Assembly (NCBI RefSeq): GCF_000002075.1
Contig: NW_004798611.1
Location: 40,175-104,174, forward strand
Source: Aplysia californica
Taxonomy: Eukaryota
Length of the DNA stretch: 64,000 bases
Direction: 5' to 3'
Shown here: one piece after another, positions 12,001-25,700 of the stretch
How the letters are laid out: every line of letters starts with the position of its first letter
Numbering within the stretch: the stretch's first letter is position 1
The notes under the pieces: model-generated
The model's input: only the letters and a program-made list of their open reading frames with translations
Databases searched by the model: none
Told to the model about the DNA's origin: nothing
Translations under genes and position numbers: made by a program

Positions 12001-14112
12001 CATTTTTTAATAGATTTTTTTGCACAAGGCACAATCCGACTCAACTGAAGCAGAAAGTAAAGAAGGAGCAAGAAAGCAAACTTCTGCCACGGATGATTCC
12101 CCGTAGACTAATCACACTGCCAGGGACTTTGCTCTCGCCAGTTTCTCGGGCAATAATTCTCACCACACAGAAAGGGTTTAAACAAAAGTTTATCAAACCA
12201 ATCACAGGAGAGTAGATGGGATCTCCGTCTATCACTCAACTTAATACAAGTCACAGGGCCCGCTTTTCCCAACTTGACCCAGAGCAACTTTCTCACAGAA
12301 CTTGAACCATAGGGTGACACAGTGACAGTGACAGTGACAGGGAAAACCCAGGATAATAGAGTCAAATTTTTTTTTCTCATAAATCCAAACAAAGATACGA
12401 ATGAGGAATTATAACGGCCAATGTCTGGTTCAGACAATTCTTCATGGTGATAATAATAGCCCACACATTTATCTCGCACCAATTTATTCCCTCAAAATAA
12501 TGGTCAGAGTGTCTGATGTGGTTCAAAAAGTTCATTTTTTACAATGTAGCTCTTCTACCTGTCCTGCCTACACTGTAACAGTTTCAAAACAAACGTAGCT
12601 CATAAAACATTGGCAAAGTTCAGTTGGAGGATGTAACGCTATATTGGACTAAACTTTTTAAGTGGAAGATTTTCTGAGGACTTTTGCGCTGCTTCCTCTT
12701 TTACCCTCAGCAACCTGTTTGAGTCTTCTATTCCTCAATCTATCTCTTGTTTAGCTACTTCAGAAGATTGTCCTTCTTAATTAAAAGCCAGTTCAATGAA
12801 GAAGAAAAGACCCAAAAAAATTTCTTTTTTTCAAACTAAAGAGAATTGCCTTTAAGCCATTTTTTGAAGTTAATGAAAAAAAAGACTCAAAATATTTCTT
12901 ACCCTGAAAGTGCTGCGACTTTAAGTGCTCGTTGAATTCCTTGTTCCACTTGCAGACAAAGTCACATAATGGACAGCGAAATGTTCCTTTACTCTCGTGA
13001 GCCTAAGCCAAAGAGAATACATCAGTGTTTCATAATGCTGCAATATTTCTAAAAACCTGTTAATCAGTCAAGCACATTTAACTTGAACATAAGTGATATA
13101 CAACTTGAAATCACAATCTTTGGATGAGTGTTAGGTCCATGCAATATTGTCTCTGTTTTAAGTCACAATCTTTGGATGAGTGTTAGCTCCATGCAATATT
13201 GTCTCTGTTTTAAGTTCTGCAAACCTAAAACGAAACAAACAAAAAAAAAAATATATATATATATATACAGGTAGAAAAAAAATCATGCCCTGAAAATCTG
13301 TTCACTGTGTGTGTGTGTTTCGCTAAGAGCATGTTCCCTGCATGTGTGCCAGATCGTATATCAAAATACAAAACATTTACACACAAATAAAGCTCCCAAT
13401 TCAAAGCTTTACGACAATTACCTTTTTCTTATGTTTGTCAAGTTCCACTTTGGTGTTGCAGGAAAAGCTACAAGTTGAGCACTTGAGTGTCCGTGGGGGC
13501 TCATCTTTGGTGAGTTTCTTAGTCGAGGAGGAGTCTTCTTGAGACAGCTCCTGTGACTTGAGTTTTGCAGAACTAGCTTCAACAGCTTTGCCTCCTTTCT
13601 TACTCTCTTCATACGCCTTGCTGGGAACTACTATTTGGAACAGAAATTGTTGTAGTTGCAGTGAAAGAAACCTTCCAAAGTGGATGTTCTGAACATACTA
13701 CAAAGATCAATTCATAAAACTCTATACACCTTGCGAGTACACGGTTAGGTTGTTGTAAATTTCCACGTGGCAGCACCCAGACAAAAACATCACTCAGCTC
13801 ATCTTTTTCTGTTACAAAATTCTACTTACAAGAATCATCTCAAAATTTGTTCCAAACATGACAATCTAACATAACCCTACAGAATCAAGCTAAGTAAGGA
13901 GGGGGGGGGGGGGGAACAATGACAACTCAAACAACCTAGATTTATGCTTAAAAATGCGCTCTATGTCATTTCAAACATGGCCATCTAGACTATCATACTA
14001 TGGTCTTGCTAGATAACACCTGAACTACTAACGGTGTGCCCTTGGCAATAAGTTGACAGTGACTGTACTATCCAGTGTTAAAAAATGAAAGCCCACGTAA
14101 TTGTCCTGACCC

Positions 14113-14174
<62 letters not shown>

Positions 14175-17100
14175 GTATATATATCGGTGTTCAGTCTTAC
14201 CCTTTGTTTGCCCCCTCTGTGGTCGACCCGAGGCCCGCAGACTGACAGTCCTGGTCTCATCAGACGTCACCTCCACAGATTCCGTCGTAACTTCCTTACG
14301 CTGCTCCCTAACCCTGGTGGACATTCTTGGAGCAATCGGGTCAGCTTTTGTCGTGATTGTCTTGGAACCTTTCCCCTTCCCATCACTAGAGGAGCTCAGA
14401 TCACCACTTCTAGCACTTCGGGTGTTGCTTCTAAGTATTTCTTGATCCGGTGGAGACTTCGACACTTCTTTGCTAACAGCTTTTTCCGTGCTCCTTTGAT
14501 TACTTTGAACAAGTTCAGATTTTCTTTTCTTTGCCTGTCTTGATGAGCTTGCTTTCTCTTCTTCTTTCTCAGTTTGTTCCTCGGTTGATATCAATCGACG
14601 GGGCAGTTTGAGTTTCCTTTTCATGCTTCCCCGAGAGCGATGTGCTCTTAGCGCGGGTTCACCAAGCGTGTCGCCCTTCTCATCTCGGCCACTGACGTCA
14701 GGCGAGTCCGTGTTGTCTTTGCTCGGTTCATGAGGCGACTCGCTCACACACTCTGGGGACTCCGTGACACTGATGGGCACTTTTTTCTTCCGACTTTTTG
14801 AAGTTTTCTGATCAGGTTGATCGACATCTGCAGAAACTTGAGGTTGCCGTGAGTGAGCCGAGTCAGCAGCCTGAAGCGTTGGTGAGTTTGAGATGACGGA
14901 TAAACTGACAGGGTGAAACACTTTGTGCCGACCGGAGCCCAGATCGACGATGCTGGTGACGACGCTGGAGAGGAGATAGCTGTACTGTTCTCGCAACGCC
15001 TCAAACTGGTCTGTGTACGGGCCCAGCGTGATGGCGGCCGAGTGCAGCGTCTGCAGCAACAGGTACAGCGACGATGGGTTGGAGGTGAAGAAGTTCTCCG
15101 TCTGGCTGATCTCCAGCAGGAAATCTTTGGCCACGACCTCCCAGTCCAGGTGACCCAGCAACAGAACCAAGTACTGCTGGCGTTTGGGGACGTCGCCGCG
15201 CAGCCAGGAAATGATCAGAAACAATTTCATCTCAGGATTCAACCTTGACACGTGGTGAGAACCCAGGAACGCGTTGAACTGCTCGGGAGCCAGGTCTCGG
15301 AAATCAGACTTCTGGACGGCATCGTCCAAATTCTCACCCAAGAATCTCACACAGCCAGACTCTAGATCTGAGAGCTGGAACTTAACGGCCAGGTGGAAAT
15401 GACTAATCACGTTATCGACAGTCGTGGTGCGGATCAAGTAGGTCTCACACATGGACCTCAGTATATGAACCTGTGGGGGAGGAAAAAAAGAAAGATAGAA
15501 GAAACACAAACCCGACCCAAAAGCAATAAAAGGACATTTTTTAGCACAGATGAAATTGTGTATTAATAAAAATAAAAGAACTACATAATAATACATCATC
15601 GTCATCATCATCATCCAGTGCCAGATCTGCGACAGACACCGGCGATCATGGTTCTCCATTCATTCCTTTGCTTGGATGCTCTCAGAAAAGCTACGTTTCC
15701 TTGATCTTTCCCTGTTACCCATTTGTTTAGGTTCCTCAAGTACGTTGTTTTGGGCCTTCCCCTGCTTCGCTTGCCCTCAATTTACATAAAACATGTGATT
15801 CATAATTTCACATTTGTTAATTCCAGGCAGTCATATTTTTCGGAGGATATATAAAGGTTGGTTTTTCTCTTCTTTCAAAATCTGTCAACTTTTTCGACAC
15901 TAGTACATGTATCCTCTCAATGAGGCAGCTTAGGCAATTACCTCTGTCAACTTTTTCGACACTAGTACATGTATCCTCTCAATGAGGCAGCTTAGGCAAT
16001 TACCTCAACATTGCACACATTCAAGTGTTTCCATTTTGTGTCCAAGAACCACTTCTCCTCTCTTTGCACACTAGGCCCTGCAGTCTTCTTACTTCATGAA
16101 GCACTATCCTATATTGGTACCACAAGTAGACAAGTATATATATTGGGTGACCTTATTTAGGCCATATGTGGCCTAAATAAGCTAAACCCCCCTCCCTTAC
16201 CTTGTGTAGGCCATATGTGGCCTAAATAAGCACTCTCATGTATATTACCACAAGTAGACGAGTATATATATTACCACAAGTAGACAAGTATATATATATA
16301 TTACATATGAAAAACTCACTTCTGACTAATAACAAAAATACCATAGAAAAAAAAGAAGAAGTCTACCTGGAAAGTTGAAGCCAACAGCAGCAACGTGGAT
16401 ATGTTGGACATGGCCTCCTCCAAAACTCCCGAGTACAGGAAGTTCAGGAAGCTCTGGAAGGCGTCGTGCTGGTCACATAACACACGTACGTGCTGCGTGG
16501 TGGCCACCCGCGGGTCCAGCATGTTCCTCATCACCGGGCTCCACACCACCAGAACAAGGCGGTGGGCATTGTACCGGGCACCACTCAGCTCAAACACCAG
16601 GTCACAGAACTCCTCACTCTAGGGAGGAAAGGGACATTTTGAAACTGGACAAAATTGTTTTTGATCAACTCAAATAACTGCCATTGTCTATACATTACTA
16701 ACAGGATGAACATACACCAGCGGGTTCAACAGATAGGCCCACACATTAACAAAGATAGCAAACACATACATCACAAAGTCAAACGAACATACACCAGCGG
16801 ATTTAACAGATAGGCACACACATACATCGCAAAGTCAAACGAACATACACCAGCGGGTTCAACAGATAGGCACACACATACATCGCAAAGTCAAACGAAC
16901 ATACACCAGCTGGTTCAACAGATAGGCCCACACATTAACAAAGATAGCAAACACATACATCACAAAGTCAAGCAGTGGGAAGAAAAGATGTGCAAATAAA
17001 TACAGGCTGCATAAGATCAAAAGAAAAGTTATGGTCTAAAAAAGACATTTCAGATAGACTGAAAACATAGAAGAACTTTCTAAAGAATGTGACAGAAGCA

Positions 17101-17433
17101 AAACCTCACTCTCACTGACTCTCAGCCTGGCTTGGCCCCAACATGTGTGTAAAAGCAGCCTGCCTCCTACATTATTTTAAATATGTCCATTTTGGATATA
17201 AAACAGGTACAATCTACAGTTTTGCAGTGCCATTGAATGAAAGAGCAAAGGTTTTATTTTCAGTCAGTCAATGACATGTAACATTATTAGCAGATTAAAA
17301 AATTTCACAACTAAACAACTTGTCTACTTTTGTTCTAAAGAATCAGAACACTCACCTCTTTTAAAGCACATAATTTATTGATGAGAAAAGAATGTGGTGG
17401 TGAATCGCACAGAGGTAGAATGTCGCTCTGCAT
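9097..17433 (-). CDS. BTB-BACK domain protein with nine C2H2 zinc fingers, ~1151 aa; complement(join(9097..10304,11099..11266,11795..11965,12903..13002,13422..13630,14201..15470,16367..16618,17356..17433))
   Basis: BTB motif ([34 protein letters not shown]...[11 protein letters not shown]). BACK-like segment ([30 protein letters not shown]...[15 protein letters not shown]). Nine C2H2 fingers with TDDRPY/SDLRPY-type linkers. All junctions are GT-AG and phase-compatible, totalling 3456 nt. The start codon at 17433 is the least certain element. Confidence 0.85.
14118..14170. repeat. (AT)n microsatellite
   Basis: Perfect dinucleotide run. Confidence 0.95.
15594..15783 (-). mobile_element. RTE-clade LINE 3' end
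   Basis: Reverse strand encodes [17 protein letters not shown]...RNEWRTMIA, a typical RTE ORF C-terminus, followed by a (GAT)n tail. Confidence 0.75.
16708..16971 (+). repeat. ~50-bp tandem repeat (GAACATACACCAGCGGGTTCAACAGATAGGC...), 4 copies
   Basis: Direct repeats in a BTB-ZF intron. Confidence 0.9.
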
Positions 17434-18090
17434 CCTCAAGCTGTGAAAGTAGAAGAGGCACAGTGTTGAGTTGTTCCACAGTCTTTCTGTCGCTACATCT
17501 GTCTCGCAGATATGAGATAATCTCTGCCAGAATTTGATATTCTTTACAGTTCTGGGGAAAACAAGAAACATAGATATAATAAAAATTAATCACTGCTATT
17601 TATAAGCATTCGCTGAGTCCTGAAAAAAAGCTCAAATACCTGACAATCTCAGTCATAATAATGAGTGTTGGAGAAGAATTCTTGGTCTCTGACAAAATTA
17701 CAAAAGATAGTGAAAATAAGGTTGAATAGAAACGATAGAAATCAGTCTGTACGTGGTGACAGCGGAGATTGTCATGGAAGGAAAAGAAATCAAACAAAGT
17801 AGTGCTAGAAGAAGCTAGCTGGTGGTGGGGTACGCTGACAAATGAAAAAAACAAAATTAAGAAGAGACAAACGCAGACACTTGTTTGAGTTTAGTTGGGT
17901 TGTTTGTTTGTCTTTTTGTTTCGAGCATTTGGGCAGAGAAAAAAGTGGCAAACCAGGAAGTGAAGAAAGCCAACAATGTCTGTTCAGATCACGCTGCACT
18001 TATCATGATGATGTTTCTCCAGTTGAACAGGAAGAAATAATAGAGACTCGTACAATTCGGCGACAGTTTCATAAACAAAACGTGTTGAAC

Positions 18091-18528
18091 TAGCTAGTTC
18101 TGCCACACAGGTAGGAATATATATATATATGTATTTAATAATAACGTGATAAACCATTTCTCGTTGTCTAAGTTGGCTAGTTCTGCCACACAGGTAGGAA
18201 TATATGTATTAGTAATAATGTTATAAACCATTTCCCGTTACCCGTTGTCTAACACAGGTAGGAATATAGGTATTAGTAATAACGTTATAAACCATTTCCC
18301 GTTACCCGTTGTCTAACACAGGTAGGAATATATGTATTAGTAATAACGTGATAAACCATTTCCCGATGTCGAAGTTGGCTAGTTCTGCCACACAGGTAGG
18401 AATATAGGTATTAGTAATAACGTGATAAACCATTTCCCGATGTCGAAGTTGGCTAGTTCTGCCACACAGGTAGGAATATAGGTATTAGTAATAACGGTAT
18501 AAACCATTTCCCGATGTCGAAGTTGGCT
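18091..18528 (+). repeat. ~60-70-bp tandem repeat (ACACAGGTAGGAATATA..TAGTAATAACG..ATAAACCATTTCCC), ~6 copies
   Basis: Direct repeats. Confidence 0.9.
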
Positions 18529-18799
18529 CTGCTCGGAGAAGGAAGCGATAAGCGAAAACGTGGATTTGTTTACAAACAAACCTAGTTCCAAATGGTTGGT
18601 CCATTTAATCACGTGGTACAAGATGGCATGGGGGACAGGGGGAAAATGATCCAACACGGAAATAGGGAAGAAAGTGGTCGTAAATTCGGAAAATGGGTCT
18701 AAAATTGATATGAGATGCTGAATCTTGCAGTAAAACCCTTAAGTCAAAAGTGTATATCACAGAAATACAAAATTGACGTGAAATCACGAAGCCCAGCAA

Positions 18800-18930
18800 A
18801 CATACCGGTCGGGAAAGGGTGGCTGTATCTTGATATGTTCCCCAGGCCAGACATGATGGACCGGCACAGTCACGTGACCTCCCCCTGCTGGACGGGCAGG
18901 TTTCCTCAAGGCGACATGTTGCCGGTTTTG
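18800..18930 (-). promoter_or_regulatory. Putative promoter / non-coding first exon of the BTB-BACK-ZF gene
   Basis: Local CpG-rich patch, palindromic E-box GTCACGTGAC at 18869-18878, and a minus-strand donor CCG|GTATGT at 18805. Confidence 0.45.
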
Positions 18931-19289
18931 CTCGTCAATCATTTTGTGAACGGTTCTGGGTGTATAGTTAATTTATTTATTTATTTTATAAAATGTGAAA
19001 ATAAATGAATCACATTACATTCACAACGTTTCCAGAACCAAATACCTCAGGCCCGAGACATACTAGATCTAGGATCGTTTAGTATTGGCTTTTAAAATTC
19101 ATCATGTAGTCTAAATGACCTGTAATATGAGCCACCTTTATATTACATGTATGTGCAAAAAATACAAGTGCCGGCACACTACATGTAAGCCTACATAATT
19201 ATATGATTAATACCACAATAGGTACAGTATATACGATATAGGCCTCATTAAAAAATTGCAATACCGTTAACTTGCAGCGCGCGCGTTGG

Positions 19290-19293
<4 letters not shown>

Positions 19294-19358
<65 letters not shown>
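19294..19358. repeat. (GT)n microsatellite
   Basis: Perfect dinucleotide run. Confidence 0.95.
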
Positions 19359-19777
19359 TACAATAAGAACGTTTCTTAGAAAACAAGCTTTATTTTCATC
19401 AGAATATATATAATATTGATACTTCAGAGCACAAACGTGCATTGCGACATATTTTAGAACTTTCAAAAGTTTTAGGAGGCTGGCTGCATCGACCCTGGCT
19501 GACATGTGCCGGCCCTGACTGAGAGTGATACAATGTTGGTTTTTTCCTGATTGTTCGTCTACTCAGAGCATTATAAAAGACAAAAAGGTTTCTAATCCAG
19601 TTTTCTTTCAGAAAATATATAAAGATGACATTTTCAGTAGAAAGGGTAATCTTGCAGCTTCTAAGTCTCCCACTCCACCATGACATTTATTGTCAACAGT
19701 TGACCATCATAGAGTCATAGCCAGAGGTACAGGTAAGCAACCTGTGAAATAAAATAAGACTCCTGAAGCCGCCTCCT

Positions 19778-22700
19778 GATGTAGAAAATAGTGTGGATGA
19801 TGTAGAAAATAGTGTGGATGATGTAGAAAATAGTGTGGATGATGTAGAAAAAAGTTGGGATGATCTAGGAAAAAAGTTGGGATGATGTTGAAAAAAGTGT
19901 GGTAGATTTAGAAAATAGTGGGGATGATGTNNNNNNNNNNNNNNNNNNNNNNNNNNNNNNNNNNNNNNNNNNNNNNNNNNNNNNNNNNNNNNNNNNNNNN
20001 NNNNNNNNNNNNNNNNNNNNNNNNNNNNNNNNNNNNNNNNNNNNNNNNNNNNNNNNNNNNNNNNNNNNNNNNNNNNNNNNNNNNNNNNNNNNNNNNNNNN
20101 NNNNNNNNNNNNNNNNNNNNNNNNNNNNNNNNNNNNNNNNNNNNNNNNNNNNNNNNNNNNNNNNNNNNNNNNNNNNNNNNNNNNNNNNNNNNNNNNNNNN
20201 NNNNNNNNNNNNNNNNNNNNNNNNNNNNNNNNNNNNNNNNNNNNNNNNNNNNNNNNNNNNNNNNNNNNNNNNNNNNNNNNNNNNNNNNNNNNNNNNNNNN
20301 NNNNNNNNNNNNNNNNNNNNNNNNNNNNNNNNNNNNNNNNNNNNNNNNNNNNNNNNNNNNNNNNNNNNNNNNNNNNNNNNNNNNNNNNNNNNNNNNNNNN
20401 NNNNNNNNNNNNNNNNNNNNNNNNNNNNNNNNNNNNNNNNNNNNNNNNNNNNNNNNNNNNNNNNNNNNNNNATGATGTTAAAAAAGTGCTGTTGATTTAG
20501 AAAATAGTCGAGATGATGTAGAAAATAGTGGGGATGATGTAGACAAAAGTAGGGATGATGTAGAAAGTAGTGCAAGTTTATTTGACAATACTGGGGGTGA
20601 TTTTGAAAATAGTGGGTATGATGTAGAAAATAGTATGGATGATGTAGGAAAAAGTTGTTTTAAAAAAAGGAAATAATGTAGAAAAAATTGGTGATGATGT
20701 AGGAAATAGTGTGGATGAGCTAAAAAAAAAATGTGGTTGATATAGGAAAAAAGTTGGGATGATTTTGAAAAAAGTGTGTTTGATGTAGAAAATAGTGGGG
20801 ATGATGTAAGAAAAAGTGTGGCTTATGTAGAAAATAGTGGGGATGATGTAAGAAAAAGTGTGGTTGATGTAGAAAATAGTGTGGAATGATGTAAGAAAAA
20901 GTGTGGCTTATGTAGAAAATAGTGGGGATGATGTAGAAAATAGTGTGGAATGATGTAAGAAAAAGTGTGGCTTATGTAGAAAATAGTGGGGATGATGTAA
21001 GAAAAAGTGTGGTTGATGTAGAAAATAGTGTGGAATGATGTAAGAAAAAGTGTGGCTTATGTAGAAAATAGTGTGGAATGATGTAAGAAAAAGTGTGGCT
21101 TATGTAGAAAATAGTGGGGATGATGTAGAAAATAGTGGGGATCAGCTAGAAAAATTTGTGGTTGATGTAGAAAAAATGGGAATCGATGTAGAAAATAGTG
21201 GGGAAGATGTAAAAAAAAAAGAAGGAAATTATGTAGAACAAAAGTGTGGATGATGTAGAAAAAAGTGTGGTTGATGTAGAAAATAGTGTGGATGATGTAG
21301 AAAATAGTGTGGATGATGTAGAAAACAATGGCGGTTATATAGAAAATAAAAAGGAGGAAATTATGTCGTAGAAAAAGTGTGGATGATGTAGTAAATAGTG
21401 TGGATCAGCGAGAAAAAAGTGTGGTTGAAGTAGGAAAAAAGTTTGGATAATTTTTTTTTAAAGTGTGGCTTATGTAGAAAATATGGGGATGATGTAGAAA
21501 ATAGTGGGGATGATGTAGAAAATAGTGGGGATGATGTAGAAAATAGTGTGGATGATGTAGAAAATAGTGTGGATGATGTAGAAAACAATGGCGGTTATAT
21601 AGAAAATAAAAAGGAGGAAATTATGTCGTAGAAAAAGTGTGGATGATGTAGTAAATAGTGTGGATCAGCGAGAAAAAAGTGTGGTTGAAGTAGGAAAAAA
21701 GTTTGGATAATTTTTTTTTAAAGTGTGGCTTATGTAGAAAATATGGGGATGATGTAGAAAATAGTGGGGATGATGTAGAAAATAGTGGGGATGATGTAGA
21801 AAAAAGTGTGGTTGATGTAGAAAAAAAAAATGGGGAAAATGTAGAAAAAAATGTGGTTGATGTAGAAAAAACTGTGGATGACGTAGGAACAAGTGTGGTA
21901 AATGTAGAAAAAAAGTGGGGATGATGTAAGAAAATGTGTGGCTTATATTGAAAAAAGTGTGGTTTATGTAGAAAATAGTTGGGATAAAGTTACGAAAAGT
22001 GTGTCTTATGTACAGAAAAGTTGTGTTGATGTTGAAAAAAGTGTGGTGGATATAGAAAAATGTTTTGATGATGCAGAAAAGGTTTGGATAATGTAGAAAA
22101 AGTGTGGTTGATGTAGGAAATAAGTTGGGATGATGTAGTAAAAAGTGTGGTTGATGTAAAAAATAGTTGGAATAATGTAAGAAAAAGTGTGGCTTCTGTA
22201 GAAAAAAAATAGGGATGATGTTAAAAAAGTGCTGTTGATTTAGAAAATAGTCGAGATGATGTAGAAAATAGTGGGGGTTATGTAGACAAAAGTAGGGATG
22301 ATGTAGAAAATAGTGTGATTGATGTAGAAAATAGTTGCAATGGTGTGGAAAACATTGATGATGATATAAGAAAATGTGTGACTTATGAAGATAAAGTTTG
22401 GATAATGTAAAAAAAAGTTGGGATAAGGTAAGAAAAACTGTGGCTTATGTAGAAAAAAGTGGGGGATGATGTGTAAAATAGTGTGGCTTATGTACAACAA
22501 AGTGGAGATGATTCAGAAAAAAGTTTGGATGATGTACAGTTAGAAAATAGTGTGGGGATAATGTAGAAAATGGTGTAAGTGTATTTGACAATATTAAGGG
22601 TGATGTTCAAAATAGTGAGGATGACGAATGAAAAAGTGTTGTTGATTTAGAAAATAGTCGAGATGATGTAGAAAATAGTGGGGGTTATGTAGACAAAAGT

Positions 22701-25700
22701 AGGGATGATGTAGGAAAAAAGTGTGGTTGATGTAAAAAAAAATAAAGGAAATGATGTAGAAAAAAGTGTGGTTGATGTAGGAAAAAAGTTGGGATTATGT
22801 AGTAAAAAGTGTGGTAGATGTAGAAAATAGTGGGGATAATGAAGAAAATAGTGGGGATGATGTGGAAAATAGTAAGGATGATCTAGAATAAAATGTGGTT
22901 GATGTAGAAAATAGTTGGGATAATTTGGAAAAAAGTGTGGTTGAAGTAGAAAAAGTGGGGATGATGTAGAAAATTATGTGGTTGATGTAGGAAAAAAGTT
23001 TGGATGATGTAGAAAATAGTTGGGATAATGTAAAAAAAAGTCAGGATGATGAAAAAAGAAGTGTGGCTTATGCAAAAAAAAGGGGAGAAGATGTAAGTAA
23101 AAATAGTAGAGCGATGTAGAAAAAAGTAGGGGAAGATGCAGAAAAAAGTGTGGTTCATTTAGAAAAAATGGGGATTGATGTAGAAAATTGTTGGGATGAT
23201 GTACAAAATAGTGGGGATGATGGAAGAAAAAGTGTGGCTTATGTAGAAAAGGTTTGGATAATGTATAAACAAGTGTGGTTGATGTAGAAAAAATGGGAAT
23301 CGATGTAGAAAATAGTGGGGAAGATGTTAAAAAAAAAGGAAATTATGTAGTAAAAAAAGTGTGGATGATGTAGAAAATAGTGTGGATGAGCAAGAAAAAA
23401 GTGTGGTTGATGTAGGAAAAAAGTTGGGATGATGTAGAAAAAGTTTGGCTTGTGTAGAAAAAAGGGGATGATGTAGAAAATAGTGTGGATGATGTAGAAA
23501 ATAGTGGGGATGATGTAAAAAAAAGTGGGGATGATGTAGAAAATAGTGGGGATGATGTAAAAAATAGTGGGGATGATGTAGAAAATAGTGGGAATGATGT
23601 AAAAAATAGTTGGGATGATGTACAAAAGAGTGGGGATGATGTAGAAAATAGTGGGGATGATGTAGAAAATAGTTGGGATGATGTAGAAAAAAGTGGGGAT
23701 GATGTAAAAAATAGTGGGGATGATATAGAAAATAGTTTGGATGGTGTAGAAAATAGTGGGGATGATGTAGAAAATAGTGGGGATGATGTAGAAAATAGTG
23801 GGGATGATGTAGAAAATAGTGGGGATGATGTAGAAAATAGTGTAAATGATTTTGACAATACTGGGGGTGATGTTGAAAATAGTGCGAATGATGTAAAAAA
23901 AATACTAGGGATTATGTAGAAAATATAGTGGATGATGTAGAAATGAGTGTGGTTGATGCAGGAAAAAAGTTGGGATGATGTAGTAAAAAGTGTGGTAGAA
24001 GTAGAAAATAGTGGGAATAATGCAGAAAAAAGTGGGGATGATGTAGAAAATAGTGTTGATGATGTAAGAAAATGTGTGGCTTATGTAGAAAAAAGTGAGA
24101 ATGATGTAGGAAAAAGTGTGGATGATCTAGAACAAAGTGGGGATGATGTAAATAAATTGTGGGGATGATGCAGAAAAAAGTGGGGATGATGTAGAAAGTA
24201 GTGCAAGTGATTTTGACAATACTGGGGGTGATTTTGAAAATAGTGGGGATGATATAGAAAACAGTATGGATAATGTAGGAAAAAGTGTTGTTGATGTATA
24301 AAATAGTGTGGATGATAAAGAAAAAGTGTGATTAATGTAGAAAATAGTTGGGATAATGTAAGAAAAGGTGTTGATGATGTAGGAAAAAAGTTTGAATGAT
24401 GTTGAAAAAAGTGTGGTAGATGTAGAATACAGTGGGGATAATGTGGAAAACAGTGCAAGTGATGTTGACAATACATGTGCTGGGAGTTATGTTGAAAATA
24501 GTGGGAATGATGCAGAAAAAAGTGGGGGTGATGTACAGTTAGAAAATAGAGGCGATAATGTAGAAAATAGTGTAAGTGATGTTAAGAATACTGGGGGTGA
24601 TGTGGAAAATAGTGTGGATGATTTAAAAAATAATGATGATGATGTAAGAAAAAGTGTGGCTTAAGTAGAAAAAAGTTTGGATAATAGGGAGCATTAGAAA
24701 ATATCTATCTGTTGGTGTCACCAAAACTTTAATAACATCACTTATATTGTCAAGGATTGATTATTGCNNNNNNNNNNNNNNNNNNNNNNNNNNNNNNNNN
24801 NNNNNNNNNNNNNNNNNNNNNNNNNNNNNNNNNNNNNNNNNNNNNNNNNNNNNNNNNNNNNNNNNNNCGTATGTGTGCATGTGAGTATGTATGTGTGTGT
24901 GGTGCGTGCATGAGTGAATATGTGTTTGCATGAGTATGTAACACTATGTACCTTTAAAATTGATTTGTAAATCCATTATATGTATCACGTTAAGCGCATA
25001 GAGCATTGCATAAGTGGATATGCGCTATATAAATGCAATCCATTATTATTTTATGTAAAAAATAGTGGGGATGATGTAGAAATAAGTGTGGCTTATGTAG
25101 AAAAAGTGTTGATGATTAAGAAAAAAGTTTGTCTGATATATATATAAAAAAAAGTAAGGATGATGTATAAACAAGTGTGGTTGATGTAGAAATTAGTGTG
25201 GATGATCTAGAAAGAAATGGGAATGATGTAAATAAATAGTGGGGATTATGTAGAAAATAGTGGGGATGATGTAGAAAATAGTGGGGATGATGTAGAAAAA
25301 AGTAGGGGTGATGCACAGTTAGAAAATAGTGGGAATAATGTAGAAAATAGTGTAAGCGATTTTGGATATACTGGCGGTGATGTTGAAAATAGTGAGGATG
25401 ATGAAAGAACAAGTTTGGTTTATGTAGAAAAAGGGGGATCATGTAGAAATTAGTGCGAATGATGTAAAAAAAAACCTAGGGATTATGTAGAAAATATAGT
25501 GGATGATGTTGAAATAAGTGTGGTTGATGTGGGGAAAAAGTTGGGATGATGTAGTAAAAACTGTGGTAGATGTAGAAAATAGTGGGGATGATGTGGAAAA
25601 TAATGTGGGATGATCTAGAACAAAGTGGGGATGATGTAAATGAAAAGTGGGGACTATGCAGAAAAAAAAGTTTGGCTGATGTAGAAAAAATTTGGGGAGA

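Noticed and set aside
15471-15659. N-terminal part of the 543-aa ORF as a true protein start
   Set aside because: It is intron plus an RTE LINE tail. The exon begins at the acceptor at 15470.
18091-18528. CRISPR-like array (also considered for 16708-16971 and 42995-43258)
   Set aside because: No unique spacers, no cas genes, eukaryotic context.
19865-20575. Poly-X ORFs (also near 24750 and 34439-34852)
   Set aside because: Read-through of N gaps.
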